NCBI GenBank assembly: GCA_964016885.1
Contig: OZ024740.1
Coordinates: 418,810,001 to 418,874,000, forward strand
DNA from: Eledone cirrhosa
Lineage: Eukaryota
DNA length: 64,000 nucleotides
Direction: 5' to 3'
The number at the start of each line of letters is the position of its first letter. The stretch's first letter is position 1. Below, piece by piece: positions 27,086 through 40,555 of this stretch. The notes beneath the pieces were generated by a model. The model made no database searches, had not been told where the DNA came from, and saw only the letters and a program-made list of their open reading frames with translations. The position numbers and the translations under genes are program-made.

Positions 27086-27509
27086 TTGAATTAGTATGGT
27101 ATAGACAAGTACATATGTTGTTTAGGTGTATGATATTGTCAATACTCTGATATGCCCAGTTCCTTGTTGGGTTGTTAATTCACTGGGGAACTGGAGTCAT
27201 ATGAATTCAAACAAACGAATTTTCGTGTCACAGGTCCCCTTCTCCTCTCATTGGTCAGTTATTAGAACATTCTTCATTCTAAGTGTTGTTATTGTTGGAG
27301 TTAGCTTTAAAAATTGATAAAATGGTAGAAGGGACAAGGTGTTGAAGGAACAAAATATCAAAAAATGTGTCAAACTTCCCATTGTTCAGTTCTGAGAGCA
27401 TTCCTCAGTCAGAAGTCTATAGAATTCTTTCTGGGGTGAGGCTCCCTGCATACTGAGGTGTTGGTATACAACCAACATAAACTCAAAAATATATATATAT
27501 ATATATATA

Positions 27510-28168
27510 TGCTTCACATGCAGCAGCTGCGCTGGGACAGCAAGCAGCAAACAGCCACAGGAAACAAGTACCACCAATCTCTGGGAGGGCTCTGTAGAAA
27601 CAGTAGACAGCTTCTGCTACCTAGGTGACCGAATTAGCAGCGGAGGTGGGTGTTCAGAAAGTACAATAACTAGGGTAAGAACAGGATGGAGAGCACTAGA
27701 AGTCGATGGAAACCGCGGAGTGGGGAGACCCAAGATGACCTGGGATGAGGTGATAAAAGCCGACCTTAGCCAATTACACCTCTCAAAGGCAATGACACAC
27801 GACCGTGACCTCTGGCGTCACGCAGTAATACAGAGTACCCGACCTCCCATGGGTACAAGCTGAAGCATATAGACAATATTCCCCCCCCCCCCACCGCAAG
27901 GTGGTCATGGAGGTGCCACGGCAAAAAAGCACTCAGCCCACACTGTACAGTGGACGTGTAGGCGCCACGAAAAAGCACCCAGCACTCACTGTAAATGAGG
28001 TTGGTGTTAGGAAGGGCATCCAGCTGTAGAAATCAAGCCAAATCAGTTCCTGTATGAGCAAGGCATGCTCAGCCGACCAGACACTGCCCACAACAGGACA
28101 ACCCGTCTAACCCATGCTAGCGTGGAAGAACGGACGTAAAACGGTGATGATGATGATGATGATGATGA
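27510..28168 (+). mobile_element. Internally deleted 3' fragment of the RTE LINE at 29108-32946, in inverted orientation
   Basis: High identity to the reverse complement of 29108-29582 and 29910-30085; (GAT)n tail. Confidence 0.9.
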
Positions 28169-28262
28169 TATATATGTAAAAGGTAAACAGAAATAACAAC
28201 ACAATCGGTACAGTATATGGAAGGAATATATTGCGTTAACACTTGAAATAGGAGGAAGCGGG

Positions 28263-28298
28263 TCTTAACGTTTCAGATGCTAGTCCTTCATCAGAAGA
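28263..28298 (-). ncRNA. Minimal hammerhead ribozyme (family H3)
   Basis: Minus strand: TCTT-CTGATGA-AGGACTAGCATCT-GAAA-CGTT-AAGA; degenerate paralog at 46353-46388. Confidence 0.55.
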
Positions 28299-28666
28299 AT
28301 AAGATCGATTGAAGGGTCACGCGGGGTGGAATTGGAAAAAAATGTCTTTAGATAAAAATAACAGGTCTATTCATGTTGACATCTCTTGGAGTGAGAGAGA
28401 GATAGTCTATGGTCCTGAGACCGAGCTGACCACTAATCATGGAAATTCTTAACGCATGGGGAGATACAAAGTGGGTATAGAGATATAGGGATAGGTGAAA
28501 TCCTGACTCTGTTGCCAAGCAGTTTCGAAGACACAAGCTGAAACTGTTTGGCACCTAGATCAGGGTTTTACCTATATATTTATATATGTATATATATGTG
28601 TGTGTATATATATATATATATACAATGATATTAAATAAATGGAAACTATATTTATAAAACTATATT

Positions 28667-28727
28667 TATTCTATTATATATATTTCAAGGGTACCAAAAC
28701 TTTGGTGCGTTATCATCAGATAAAATA
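28667..28727 (-). ncRNA. Type-I hammerhead ribozyme (family H1)
   Basis: Minus strand: TATTTTAT-CTGATGA-TAACGCACCAAA-GT-TTTGGTACCCTT-GAAA-T-ATAT-A-TA-ATAGAATA. Confidence 0.68.
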
Positions 28728-29107
28728 CGAAGTGTGTTTTATAAATTTTGACATAACCAAGGAAAGTATACTTTAACGGTTCAAGTTTTCCTTGGATAGT
28801 GGAGGGATAAGAGAAGAAAAGACAGATATTTCAAATTATTAAGATGAGTATGCAAATGAGATTTAGGTACAAGGGCTGAAAAAAACGTTATTTTAGACGC
28901 TATGGAGAATTTAAATAATTATAAGATTTTGTATTTAGGGGGAAAAAGTGGAATATGATTCCAGAGTTTAAATTTAATTTATTTACCTATATTATGAGTT
29001 ATAATATTGTATATAATCAATTAAATTATATGAAGAATTATGGTTGTAAGTATTTTTATCTTATTACATTACAATAGGTTATACGTACATAAATATCTAT
29101 ATAGATT

Positions 29108-32100
29108 CATCATCATCATCATCACCGTTTTACGTCCGTTCTTCCATGCTAGCATGGGTTAGACGGGTTGTCCTGTTGTGAGCAGTGTCTGGTCGGCTGA
29201 GCATGCCTTGCTCATACAGGAACTGATTTGGCTTGATTTCTACAGCTGGATGCCCTTCCTAACACCAACCTCATTTACAGTGAGTGCTGGGTGCTTTTTC
29301 GTGGCGCCTACACGTCCACTTTACAGTGTGGGCTGGGTGCTTCTTTGCCATGGAACCTCCACGACCACCTTGCAGTGGGAGGCTGTGGGGGCATATTGTC
29401 TATATGCTTCAGCTTGTACCCATGGGAGGTCGGGTACTCTGTATTACTGCGTGACACCAGAGGTCACGGTCGTGCGTCATCGCCTTTGAGAGGTGTAATT
29501 GGGTAAGGTCGGCTTTTATAACCTCATCCCAGGTCTTCTTGGGTCTCCCCACTCCGCAGTTTCCATTGACTTCTAGTGCTCTGCACCTTTTTATGCAGCT
29601 GTCATCCTTCATACGCATCACATGTCCATAACAACGCAACCGCCTCTCCTGCACACAGCATTTGATTCCTCTTATGCTCAGTCTCTCTCTCAATTCATTT
29701 ATGCTTTGTCGTTCGCGTATATTACTATTACACATCCATCGGAGCATGCAGGCTTCGTTTCTCTCTAATCTACGTAAGTCTTTCACCTTCAGCACCCAGG
29801 TCTCACTACCATGTAACATTGCTGTTCGGATACACGCATCATACAGTCGGCCTTTCATTTTGAGGGAGAAGCCTTTTGCAGCTAGCAGTGGCAGTAGTTC
29901 CCTGAACTTCTTCCATCCCGTTCTTACCGTAGTTATTATACTTTCTGAACACCCACCTCCGCTGCTAATTCGGTCACCTAGGTAGCAGAAGCTGTCTACT
30001 GTCTCTACAGAGCCCTCCCAGAGATTGTTGGTACTTGTTTCCTGTGGCTGTTTGCTGCTTGCTGTCCCAGCACAGCTGCTGCATCTGAAGCCTACATTCT
30101 TAATTAAGCTTCCTGAGATCCCGCTACATCTCTTGTGTACCCATTGTTTGCATTTGGGGCAGAGAATGGAGTTCCTACCTACACCTTTCCTACATACTGA
30201 GCAAGGCCATTTCCCTGAGGGGATCTGGGTTCTGTTTTCTCGTCTACTTACAAGGACCCTAGTCTTTGTCATGTTGACTTTGAGACTCTTTCTTTCTAGT
30301 CCCTGCTTCGAAGTTTGGAATTTCTTCTCTAGTTCTACCATAGATTCAGCTATAAGTGCGAGGTCATCAGCATACAGGAGTTCCCATGGGCATCCGGTCT
30401 TAAACTCCTCCGTTATTGCCTGCAGGACATGATGAACAGGAGAGGGCTAAGAACAGAGCCCTGGTGGACACCAACCTGTACGCTAAATTCCTCGCTATAC
30501 TCATTGCTAATCCTAACTTTGCTGACTGCTCCCCTATACATGGCTTGTACAGCTTTCACAAGCCATTCATCTACTCCTAGTTTTCTAAGAGCCCACCAGA
30601 TTACAGCACGTGGAACTCTGTCAAAGTCTTTCTCGAGAGCGACGAATGCCAGGTAGAGTGGCTTACTTTTAGCTAGGTACTTTTCCTGTAACTGCCTCAC
30701 AAGGAAGAGGGCATCAGTGGTGCCTCTTCCTGGTACAAACCCAAATTGCATCTCGTCTAGTTTCACCTGGTCCCTAATCAACTGTGCTATAACTCTTTCT
30801 GTTACTTTCATGACCTGGTCCATCAGCTTTATACCTCTATAGTTTCCTCTATCGAGTGCATCACCTTTACCTTTGTAGCAGTTGACAATGATGCTACTGC
30901 ACCAATCTTTTGGTATGACACCTTCTAGTATTACCTGGTTAACAATACGTGTGGTTATAGTGTGATCTACAGACCCAGATGCCTTCAGCATCTCGGCAGC
31001 TATATCCGATGGACCGGTTGCCTTCCCCATCTTCATATCTTTGATTGCCTTACTTACTACGCTGCTGCTGACTTGTACTGCTAGCCCCTCTATAGGGTCT
31101 ACTTGGGGTAGGGTCTCTTCTTCCCATGCATTCTCCTCATTTAGTAATCTATCATAATGACTCTTCCATGCATCTTTCTTCTCAGCACTTGTGAGGGCAA
31201 GCTCACCTTTATCATTCCAGATACACTTCTCTCCAATGACATCGCAATTCTCTCTGACACACTGCCTCGCAATCTTGAACACCTCCTGTCTCTGGTCCTC
31301 ACGTTGCAAAACATGCTTGAATTTCCTATCCTCTGCTTCTCTCCTAGCTAAGTATACTTGTCGCCTAGCTTCCCTCTTGGTCGCTATGTAATGTACCCTG
31401 CTCCCCCGTTCTTCCATTCTTTCCATGCCTGTCTCTTGGCCTTAACTGCCTCATCTACCTTATTGTTCCACCACCAAGTCACTCTCCTCCTGCTTGTGGT
31501 CTTACTCCAGCCACAGACCTCATCCGTCGCCTCTAGTAAGTTATTTTTTAGTTACTCCCAGTGATCTTCTACATTGAATGTCTCTATCTGTTCTTCTCTA
31601 CTGTTGTAGGCGTTGAGTAAAATATCTTTAAATCTGTTACTGGCTGAGGGGTCTTTCAGCTTCCAGATCTTTCTTCTCCAGATTGGCCTCTGTTTTCAGG
31701 TTCGTCTAGTTCTGACCGTGAGGTCGCTGACAACTAAGCTATATTGGGAAGTACATTCCTCACTAGGGAAGGCTTTTGTGTTTACGACCGTCCATCTGTC
31801 ACGTCCTCTGATGAGGATAAAATCTATCTGACTAGAATGCTCCCCTGATCTATAGGTGATCAGGTGGTTATCGGGTTTTTTGAAGTTTGTGTTACATATC
31901 GACATGTCATTGGCGTCGCAGAATTCTAGAAGTCTGAATCCTTCTTCATTTCTTGTGCCAACCCCATGGCCTCCATGGACTCTATTGAAGCCGTCACAGT
32001 GTTTACCTACGTGTCTGTTAAAATCTCCTGCGATGATTAGGAAGTCATGGTCGTTTGTTAGAGCAGTAGTGTGCATTAGGGACTCGTAAAATCTATCCTT

Positions 32101-32946
32101 AAGTTCGTCTGGCAACCCCGATTGGGGTGCATAGGCTGATATTATTGTGGTAATTGTTTTATTCAGGACTAGTCTGAGTTTAATGATTCTTGCATTTACC
32201 CTGTACACTGAGATTACTTTATCTACCCACTTGTCAGCTAGTAGTATACCTACACCACCCATCCCATCGTCATTTACCACCCAGAAAAATTTGTAGCACT
32301 GACTTTTTCCTACAAGGACTCTAGCAGACTCTCCTCTCGATCTAGTCTCTTGCACACAGCATACATCAATTTCCTTTCGGTCTAGCATTTCTACGATTTC
32401 TCCTGCTCTTCTTTTCATTGTGCTTACATTGATGGTACCAACTCGGAGTTTTCAGCATTTGTTGACACTCGTAAGGAAGGGTCGATTTTTGCAGGGGTGT
32501 GTGTGTGCTTCCTGTCTCTGGATTGGGGCTTCACATGGGTGCTTGGTAGCGCGCGGATTCATATTCATTTCATCTATTAATTCCGAGTTCCTCCAATTTA
32601 TTCTCAGCTCATCCATACATAACGGTAGGAAAATTCAGGGCTAGAAGAACAGTGCTGGTGGTAATAATGGCAGGGTGTGTTGGGCTGGGACGGGGGAGGA
32701 GAGAGTTAGGTAGTGGTAGTAGAAGAAATGGCATGCTGAGGTTTGATTGGTCGAATAGTCTATGGTGGTGTGAGGGGGTGGGTGAGAGGGAAATTGTGAG
32801 GTAGGCAGCCAGTCATGTCCTCAAAATAACCTATAGAAGTGAATGCAGCATGGCAAGATAACCGATAGAAATGAATACAGCTACAATAATAATAATAGCC
32901 AGTCATGGCCTGAAGCCTTTGATGGAAAAATTATAAGTAAATATCT
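29108..32946 (-). mobile_element. Near full-length RTE-clade LINE (APE, RT, PHD-like insert), frameshifted
   Basis: APE motifs (VQETR, SAYAPQ, AGDFN, QIDFI) at 31696-32418; RT motifs (NYRGIKL, QFGFVPGRGTTDA, VGVHQGSVLSP, LYADDL) at 30345-31426; (GAT)n tail; TSD ATAAATATCTATATAGATT at ~29088 and ~32947. Confidence 0.93.
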
Positions 32947-33414
32947 ATAAATATCTATATAGATTCTTTAAGTAAAATACAAAATCAACATCCTTTGTAA
33001 CTCATATTAGATATATAAACAAGTAATAATTGTAAATTATTTCTATCTCTATAATACTAATACATACGCAATTATTAATCTATATATCATAATATAGGTA
33101 AATAAATTTAAATTTAAACTCTGGAATCATTCCACTTTTTTCCCCGAAATTAACGAAATTCCCCCTTTCTCTTCTTTCCTCCGCATACAAAAACTTATCA
33201 TAATTATTTAAGGCATGTGCTCAATGTGCAATATACAGTAGAAAGCAGCTAGGTGGCTGGGTTCATGCAGAAGTTAGGTGTGCAGAGCTGGAAATATTCA
33301 TTAGTTAAACAAAACAATACCACAAATTTCACAAGAAAGACATTATTAAAAGATTGTCAACATATTTTAGTTTGATGTAAGGAATGTAGAGAATAATAAT
33401 AATAATATTAATAA

Positions 33415-33600
33415 TAATTGTTTCTACTTTTGGCACAAGGCCAGCAATTACCCAGTGCATTACTGGTACTTTATTTTATCGACCCCGTAAGGATGAAAGG
33501 CAAAGTTAACCTCGGCGGGATTTGAACTCAGAATGGCAAGGGCCGTAACTCTATACGTCAAAGCATGGCGTCCAACCCTCTACCGATACTGTCAATCCAC
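33415..33600 (-). mobile_element. SINE family A inserted in the Penelope pseudo-LTR
   Basis: Absent at the homologous site of copy B (~36960). Confidence 0.85.
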
Positions 33601-34107
33601 AAAAATGTCCGTTTACAATTGTTTCGCTACTCCATATAATATTTCTGGATCAGATGACTATATATCATAATTGATCTGGTTCAGTTGAAAATAATTAACA
33701 TATTTAAAAGACAGAGTGGCTCATCGGAACTTCAAAGGAATATAAATTAAAATAATGAGATAATGTTACATAATATAATGTTCCATATATTGGTTTTTAC
33801 TATGGTGTCTTGGTTGCATCGGTTGTCAGCCATAATCAAGCAGTATTCATCTGTCGAGGCTGCATTGTGTGAGATCTGCCTATGGGTAACACGATGGCTG
33901 CCAAAGGGCATATTTACCTTACTAATTAGAGGGTGGTTTCAGGGGAAGTAACTTCTCGAGAGATTAGAAATTGTGGGTGTTTGTAGTTAAGTGCTACTTT
34001 TTAAATTTGTTCAAATTGAGAGATCATGTAGGGGAGGTAACTTATAATTATCGAGCTGTTCATAGCAATTTAACTTAATAGCTACAAGTAAAAATGGGGC
34101 TACATGA

Positions 34108-36611
34108 CTAAGTTGGGTCAAAAATTCTATTGGCGAAGGAATTAGCCCTTCGATGTTGACAGCTAATAGTTACCTCCGTTCTATCGTTAATCGGTAGAGG
34201 TCGTGATAGAGTTATGTAATATGCTTCTGTAATACAGAGATCACAAGATTTTCTTCGTCCATTGAACGGTTGGGCCCTAGCCACGATATCCCATTTTAGT
34301 GAGTGTTGAACGTTGTTTAATTTAAGGTTTTTAATGAGCCTAGCTAGCGATGTCGAACATCTGTTGCTAGGGGTCTCGGAAGGAAAAAGAGTGCGCATTA
34401 TAGCGTACCTTAAAAGGGTTAGAGGTAGACCCGATATAAGAGCTGGTATTCGAAGCAGTCTTAACCATGCACCTATAGACTATGTTGGGTGTCAGGCAGT
34501 GTCCATTTAATGGGCATGCATTGGGGTAACGGCAGTTGCAGTTGCTTCTGCGGTTAGTGAGAGTTGGGTTGTTTAACCTAAGCGGTAGGTCCGTGCTAGA
34601 AGGATTAGATGGGGGAGGTGTGCTACTAGAGTAATTATTGGTGTAGTGGCGTGGTGTATTTGATAGGGGTGGTAGTACCGCGGTGTGGGAGTTATACTGT
34701 CTTAGCTTATGATGGTTACTGAACGCGATGTGGCTAGCTAGGTTAGGTGTTGTGGAGAATGAGATTTTAATGTTATTTTTATTAAAGAGTTTGTAATATC
34801 TATGGTTGGGGGGTGGGGGGGTGGGGGGGTTAGGTAGGATAGAGAAGAAGCGTTTGGGGATATTAGTGGCTAGATTAGATGAGAAAGGGGAGTTAAGCCA
34901 GGTGATATTTCTAGGTCTATTCCTTCTAGGGGTTCTAGTGGGGTTGGTAGGGGCCTTCCTAGGGTTATTGTTACCTGGGGATTTGTTATTTGTCATCCCA
35001 TTTCTCATTCCTATTCTAGGGTTTGCTACTTGGAGTGGGGAGCAGGCCGCTGCCACCATTAAAGTTCCCTGTATAGGTGCTGTACTGCTAAAATTCCGGC
35101 GAATCTGGCTATATGCTAAGGTGTTTCTAGTTCTAGTGTTACGTTTATTATGGTGAATTGCTGTGTTATGGCATTTAGGTATGTAATAAATTGATTGTTT
35201 ATAACCAGATTCAGAGAGAGCCTTATTATAATATTGTGCGTGGTTTATAAATATCTCCTCATTTGCTGATAGCATTGAGATCCTATAGGAGATAGATTTG
35301 ATTACTGCTCTGATGCCTGCCGGTGGGTGGTTAGAGTGTGGGCTAATAAATGTGAGTATTTCACCTGGTTTATGGTAAGGGTCATATAGGTTATTGTTGA
35401 GATCCAGGGTGACGTCTAGGAAGTTTACTACTTTATGGTTCGGCTCGATGGTGATAGAGAGACCGTTATTTTTGAAGAATCTATGTAATTGTTTCTTTAG
35501 CAAATCGATTCCCCGATTAGTGCAATTGTGGACTGCAAATAGGGCGTCGTCCCTGTATATTCCGCCTTGCATGGGTTGGATTTCGGCTCTGATGTTACGT
35601 AATAGGTAAATCCCAACTAAATCGGTGATTTGCGCGGAATCACTTGAGCCCATCGTAATGTCAAAGTTGTCTGTTCTATCTTTTCTAGTCTAGAGTGCTC
35701 CGTTGAATTCAATGATAGTCTGCCTAGCCATAAGTATGACGTTAATCTCATTATTGGTTATGTCCGAGATGGTGGTGGCTAGGGCTAATGCTTTGTTGAG
35801 CAGTTCCGGGGTTATTGACGCGCAATAGCTGTCTATGTCAAATTGGATGAACCTTATAGATTGCTTGGACCTTAGATCGGAGAACCATCTAATGACTTGG
35901 CCGGTGTTGGACCACAACTTGTAGGTGGTATCATCCCGTAGCCCAGGGATTATCCTATCAAGGATGTTCTTACTGATGCGGCCCAGGTCAGATGTGGTTG
36001 GGCTTATGAGTCTAATAGATGGGTTCTCTATAAAGTTTGGGTTGTGATCCTTGAGAGAGAACCTTGGTATTGTTGGTACATAAGGGTGGGTAAATCTATC
36101 CAGATGCAAGTCCTTAACCAAAGCCTGGGCTTTTCGGTTAAGTACTTTTACACTGGAGGGTATAGTTTTTTTTATAGTTTTTATTGAGTTCTTTAAGAAG
36201 GAAAGAGTTGTAAGTTTCAGGAGTCATGGTGTATAGATTTTTAGTTTTGTCAGACATAACATGTAAGATGTGGCTATCTTTAAATTTTTTTATAGTTGTT
36301 GCTAATTTAGTGAGGAAGTTATTCTTGTGTCTATAATGCTTTTTGAACTTAATGCTCCTGACGAAGTTGAATAGATCTTTCTCAAAAGGGTCCAGCAGGA
36401 TGTTGTGTGGGGGGTTCTTGCATGTGGTAAATCCATATCTATTTGCTGTACTTCCGGCGTCAGCAGCAACCGCACGGTCAAAGTGGTACGTTTTCCATCT
36501 TATTCTTCAGATGAAGGAGTTGACATTCTGTATTAGGAGTTTGAGGTATGTCTTCCTGTCCGGGATAGGTATGGACTTAAGTGAGATTCTGAGTTCCTGT
36601 TTTCTCAACAT
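34108..36611 (-). pseudogene. Penelope RT-GIY-YIG polyprotein, disrupted by stops and frameshifts
   Basis: ORF pieces 35690-36121, 34367-35653 and 34108-34398, plus an N-terminus starting at the ATG at 36611. Confidence 0.88.
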
Positions 36612-39600
36612 GGTGACTTCTAACAGTAAATAGCTCAACTACGGGAGCTCAAGTATACACAATTCAAGAGTAACCAATCTTAAAGAGAGAGATGGAGATA
36701 GGAGAGGAGATATGAGAGGAGAGATTGGTGAATTAGTTAGAAGCCAAAGCGTAAAGGCATGTGCTCAATGTGCAATATGCAGTAGAAAGCAGCTAGGTGG
36801 CTGGGTTCATGCAGAAGTTAGGTGCGCAGAGCTGGAAATATTCATTAGTTAAGCAAAACAACACCATAAATTTCACAAGGAAGACATTATTAAAAGATTG
36901 TCAACATATTTTAGTTTGATGTAAGGAATGTTGAGAATAATAATAATAATATTAATAATAATAATGTCCGTTTACAATTGTTTCGCTACTCCATATAATA
37001 TTTCTGGATCAGATGACTATATATCATAATTGATCTGGTTCAGTTGAAAATAATTAACATATTTAAAAGACAGAGTGGCTCATCGGAACTTCAAAGGAAT
37101 ATAAATTAAAATAATGAGATAATGTTACATAATATAATGTTCCATATATTGGTTTTTACTATGGTGTCTTGGTTGCATCGGTTGTCAGCCATAATCAAGC
37201 AGTATTCATCTGTCGAGGTTGCATTGTGTGAGATCTGCCTATGGGTAACAAGATGGCTGCCAAAGGGCATATTTACCTTACTAATTAGAGGGTGGTTTCA
37301 GGGGAAGTAACTTCTCGAGAGATTAGAAATTGTGGGTGTTTGTAGTTAAGTGCTAATTTTTAATTTTTTTTAAATTGAGAGATAATGTAGGGGAGGTAAC
37401 TTATAATTATCGAGTTGTTCATAGCAATTTAACTTATTAGCTACAAGTAAAAATGGGGCTACATGACTAAGTTGGGTCAAAAATTCTATTGGCGAAGGAA
37501 TTAGCCCTTCGATGTTGACAGCTAATAGTTACCTCCGTTCTATCGTTAATCGGTAGAGGTCGTGATAGAGTTATGTAATATGCTTCTGTAATACAGAGAT
37601 CACAAGATTTTCTTCGTCCATTGAACGGTTGGGCCCTAGCCACGATATCCCATTTTAGTGAGTGTTGAACGTTGTTTAATTTAAGGTTTTTAATGAGCCT
37701 AGCTAGCGATGTCGAACATCTGTTGCTAGGGGTCTCGGAAGGAAAAAGAGTGCGCGTTATAGCGTACCTTAAAAGGGTTAGAGGTAGACCCGATATAAGA
37801 GCTGGTATTCGAAGCAGTCTTAACCATGCACCTATAGACTATGTTGGGTGTCAGGCAGTGTCCATTTAATGGGCATGCATTGGGGTAACGGCAGTTGCAG
37901 TTGCTTCTGCGGTTAGTGAGAGTTGGGTTGTTTAACCTAAGCGGTAGGTCCGTGCTAGAAGGATTAGATGGGGGAGGTGTGCTACTAGAGTAATTATTGG
38001 TGTAGTGGCGTGGTGTATTTGATAGGGGTGGTAGTACCGCGGTGTGGGAGTTATACTGTCTTAGCTTATGATGGTTACTGAACGCGATGTGGCTAGCTAG
38101 GTTAGGTGTTGTGGAGAATGAGATTTTAATGTTATTTTTATTAAAGAGTTTGTAATATCTATGGTTGGGGGGGGGGGAGTGTTTAGACAGGATAGAGAAG
38201 AAGCGTTTGGGGATATTAGTGGCTAGATTAGATGAGAAAGGGGGTTAAGCCAGGTGATATTTCTAGGTCTATTCCTTGTAGGGGTTCTAGTGGAGTTGGT
38301 GGGGTCTTTCCTAGGGTTATTATTACCTGGGGATTTGTTATTTGTCATCCCATTTCTCATTCCTATTCTAGGGTTGAATTTTAGTTTGCTACTTGGAGTG
38401 GGGAGCAGGCCGCTGCCACCATTAAAGTTCCCTGTATAGGTGCTGTACTGCTAAAGTTCCGGCGAATCTGGCTATATGCTAAGATGTTTCTAGTTCTAGT
38501 GTTACGTTTATTATGGTGAATTGCTGTGTTATGGCATTTAGGTATGTAATAAATTGATTGTTTATAATCAGATTCAGAGAGAGCCTTATTATAATATTGT
38601 GCGTGGTTTATAAATATCTCCTCATTTGCTGATAGCATTGAGATCCTATAGGAGATAGATTTGATTACTGCTCTGATGCCTGCCGGTGGGTGGTTAGAGT
38701 GTGGGCTAATATATGTGAGTATTTCACCTGGTTTATGGTAAGGGTTATATAGGTTATTGTTGAGATCCAGGGTGACGTCTAGGAAGTTTACTACTTTATG
38801 GTTCGGCTCGATGGTGATAGAGAGACCGTTATTTTTGAAGAATCTATGTAATCGTTTCTTTAGCAAATCGATTCCCCGATTAGTGCAATTGTGGACTGCA
38901 AATAGGGCGTCGTCCCTGTATATTCCGCCTTGCATGGGTTGGATTTCGGCTCTGATGTTACGTAATAGGTAAATCCCAACTAATTCAGTGATTTGCGCGG
39001 AGTCACTTGAGCCCATCTTAATGTCAAAGTTGTCTGTTCTATCTTTTCTAGTCCAGAGTGCTCCGTTGAATTCAATGACACCACCACCCCTATCAAATAC
39101 ACCACGCCACTACACCAATAATTACTCTAGTAGCACACCTCCCCCATCTAATCCTTCTAGCACGGACTTACCGCTTAGGTTAAACAACCCTACTCTCACT
39201 AACCGCAGAAGCAACTGAAACTGCCGTTACCCCAATACATGCCCATTAAATGGACACTACCTGACACCCAACATAGTCTATAGGTGCATGGTTAAGACTG
39301 CTTCGAATACCAGCTCTTATATCGGGTCTACCTCTAACCCTTTTAAGGTACGCTATAACGCGCACTCTTTTTCCTTCCGAGACCTAGCAACAGATGTTCG
39401 ACATCGCTAGCTAGGCTCATTAAAAACCTTAAATTAAACAACGTTCAACACTTACTAAAATGGGATATCGTGGCTAGGGCCCAACCGTTCAATGGACGAA
39501 GAAAATCTTGTGATCTCTGTATTACAGAAGCATATTACATAACTCTATCACGACCTCTACCGATTAACGATAGAACGGAGGTAACTATTAGCTGTCAACA

Positions 39601-39989
39601 TCGAAGGGCTAATTCCTTCGCCAATAGAATTTTTGACCCAACTTAGTCATGTAGCCCCATTTTTACTTGTAGCTATTAAGTTAAATTGCTATGAACAGCT
39701 CGATAATTATAAGTTACCTCCCCTACATGATCTCTCAATTTGAACAAATTTAAAAATTAGCACTTAACTACAAACACCCATAATTTCTAATCTCTCGAGA
39801 AGTTACTTCCCCTGAAACCACCCTCTAATTAGTAAGGTAAATATGCCCTTTGGCAGCCATCTTGTTACCCATAGGCAGATCTCACACAATGCAGCCTCGA
39901 CAGATGAATACTGCTTGATTATGGCTGACAACCGATGCAACCAAGACACCATAGTAACATTATATGGAACATTATATTATGTAACAAGG

Positions 39990-40175
39990 GCGTGGATTGG
40001 CAGTATCAGTAGAGGGTCGGACGCCATGCTTTCCAGCATAGTTACGTCCCTTTACGATCTGAGTTCAAATCCCGCCGAGGTTGACTTTGCCTTTCATCCT
40101 TACGGGGTCGATAAAACAAAGTACCAGTAATGCACTGGGTAATTGCTGGCCTTGTGCCTAAAGTAGAAACAATTA
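39990..40175 (+). mobile_element. SINE family A in the inverted Penelope copy
   Basis: Family consensus; flanking ATTATATTATGTAACA duplicated (TSD). Confidence 0.85.
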
Positions 40176-40220
40176 TATTATGTAACATTATCTCATTATT
40201 TTAATTTATATTCCTTTGAA

Positions 40221-40340
40221 GTTCCGATGAGCCACTCTGTCTTTTAAATATGTTAATTATTTTCAACTGAACCAGATCAATTATGATATATAATCATCTG
40301 ATCCAGAAATATTATATGGAGTAGCGAAACAATTGTAAAC
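40221..40340 (+). ncRNA. Hammerhead-like motif with a ~95-nt stem II domain in the Penelope pseudo-LTR; copies also at 33611-33730 (-) and 36970-37089 (-)
   Basis: GTT-CCGATGA-GCCACTC...GAGTAGC-GAAA-C-AATT-G-TA-AAC; the core has C in place of U at its second position. Confidence 0.5.
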
Positions 40341-40366
40341 GGACATTATTATTATTAATATTATTG

Positions 40367-40555
40367 GGCAGTGAATTGGCAGTATCGGTAGAGGGTCGGA
40401 CGCCATGCTTTCCAGCATAGTTACGTCCCTTTACGATCTGAGTTCAAATCCTGCCGAGGTTGACTTTGCCTTTCATCCTTACGGGGTCGATAAAATAAAG
40501 TACCAGTAATGCACTGGGTAATTGCTGGCCTTGTGCCTAAAGTAGAAACAATTAT
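40367..40555 (+). mobile_element. SINE family A in the Penelope pseudo-LTR
   Basis: Family consensus; TSD ATTATTATTAATATTATT. Confidence 0.85.

Noticed and set aside
36508-36510. In-frame TGA in the Penelope N-terminus (FI*RIRW)
   Set aside because: The position is normally Arg/Lys; best explained by CGA->TGA decay.
39216-39218. TGA replacing the first Cys of the CNC zinc motif in Penelope copy C, reminiscent of selenocysteine in Naiad elements
   Set aside because: Copies A and B have TGC, copy C is truncated with other private mutations nearby, and no SECIS was recognised; most likely a point mutation.
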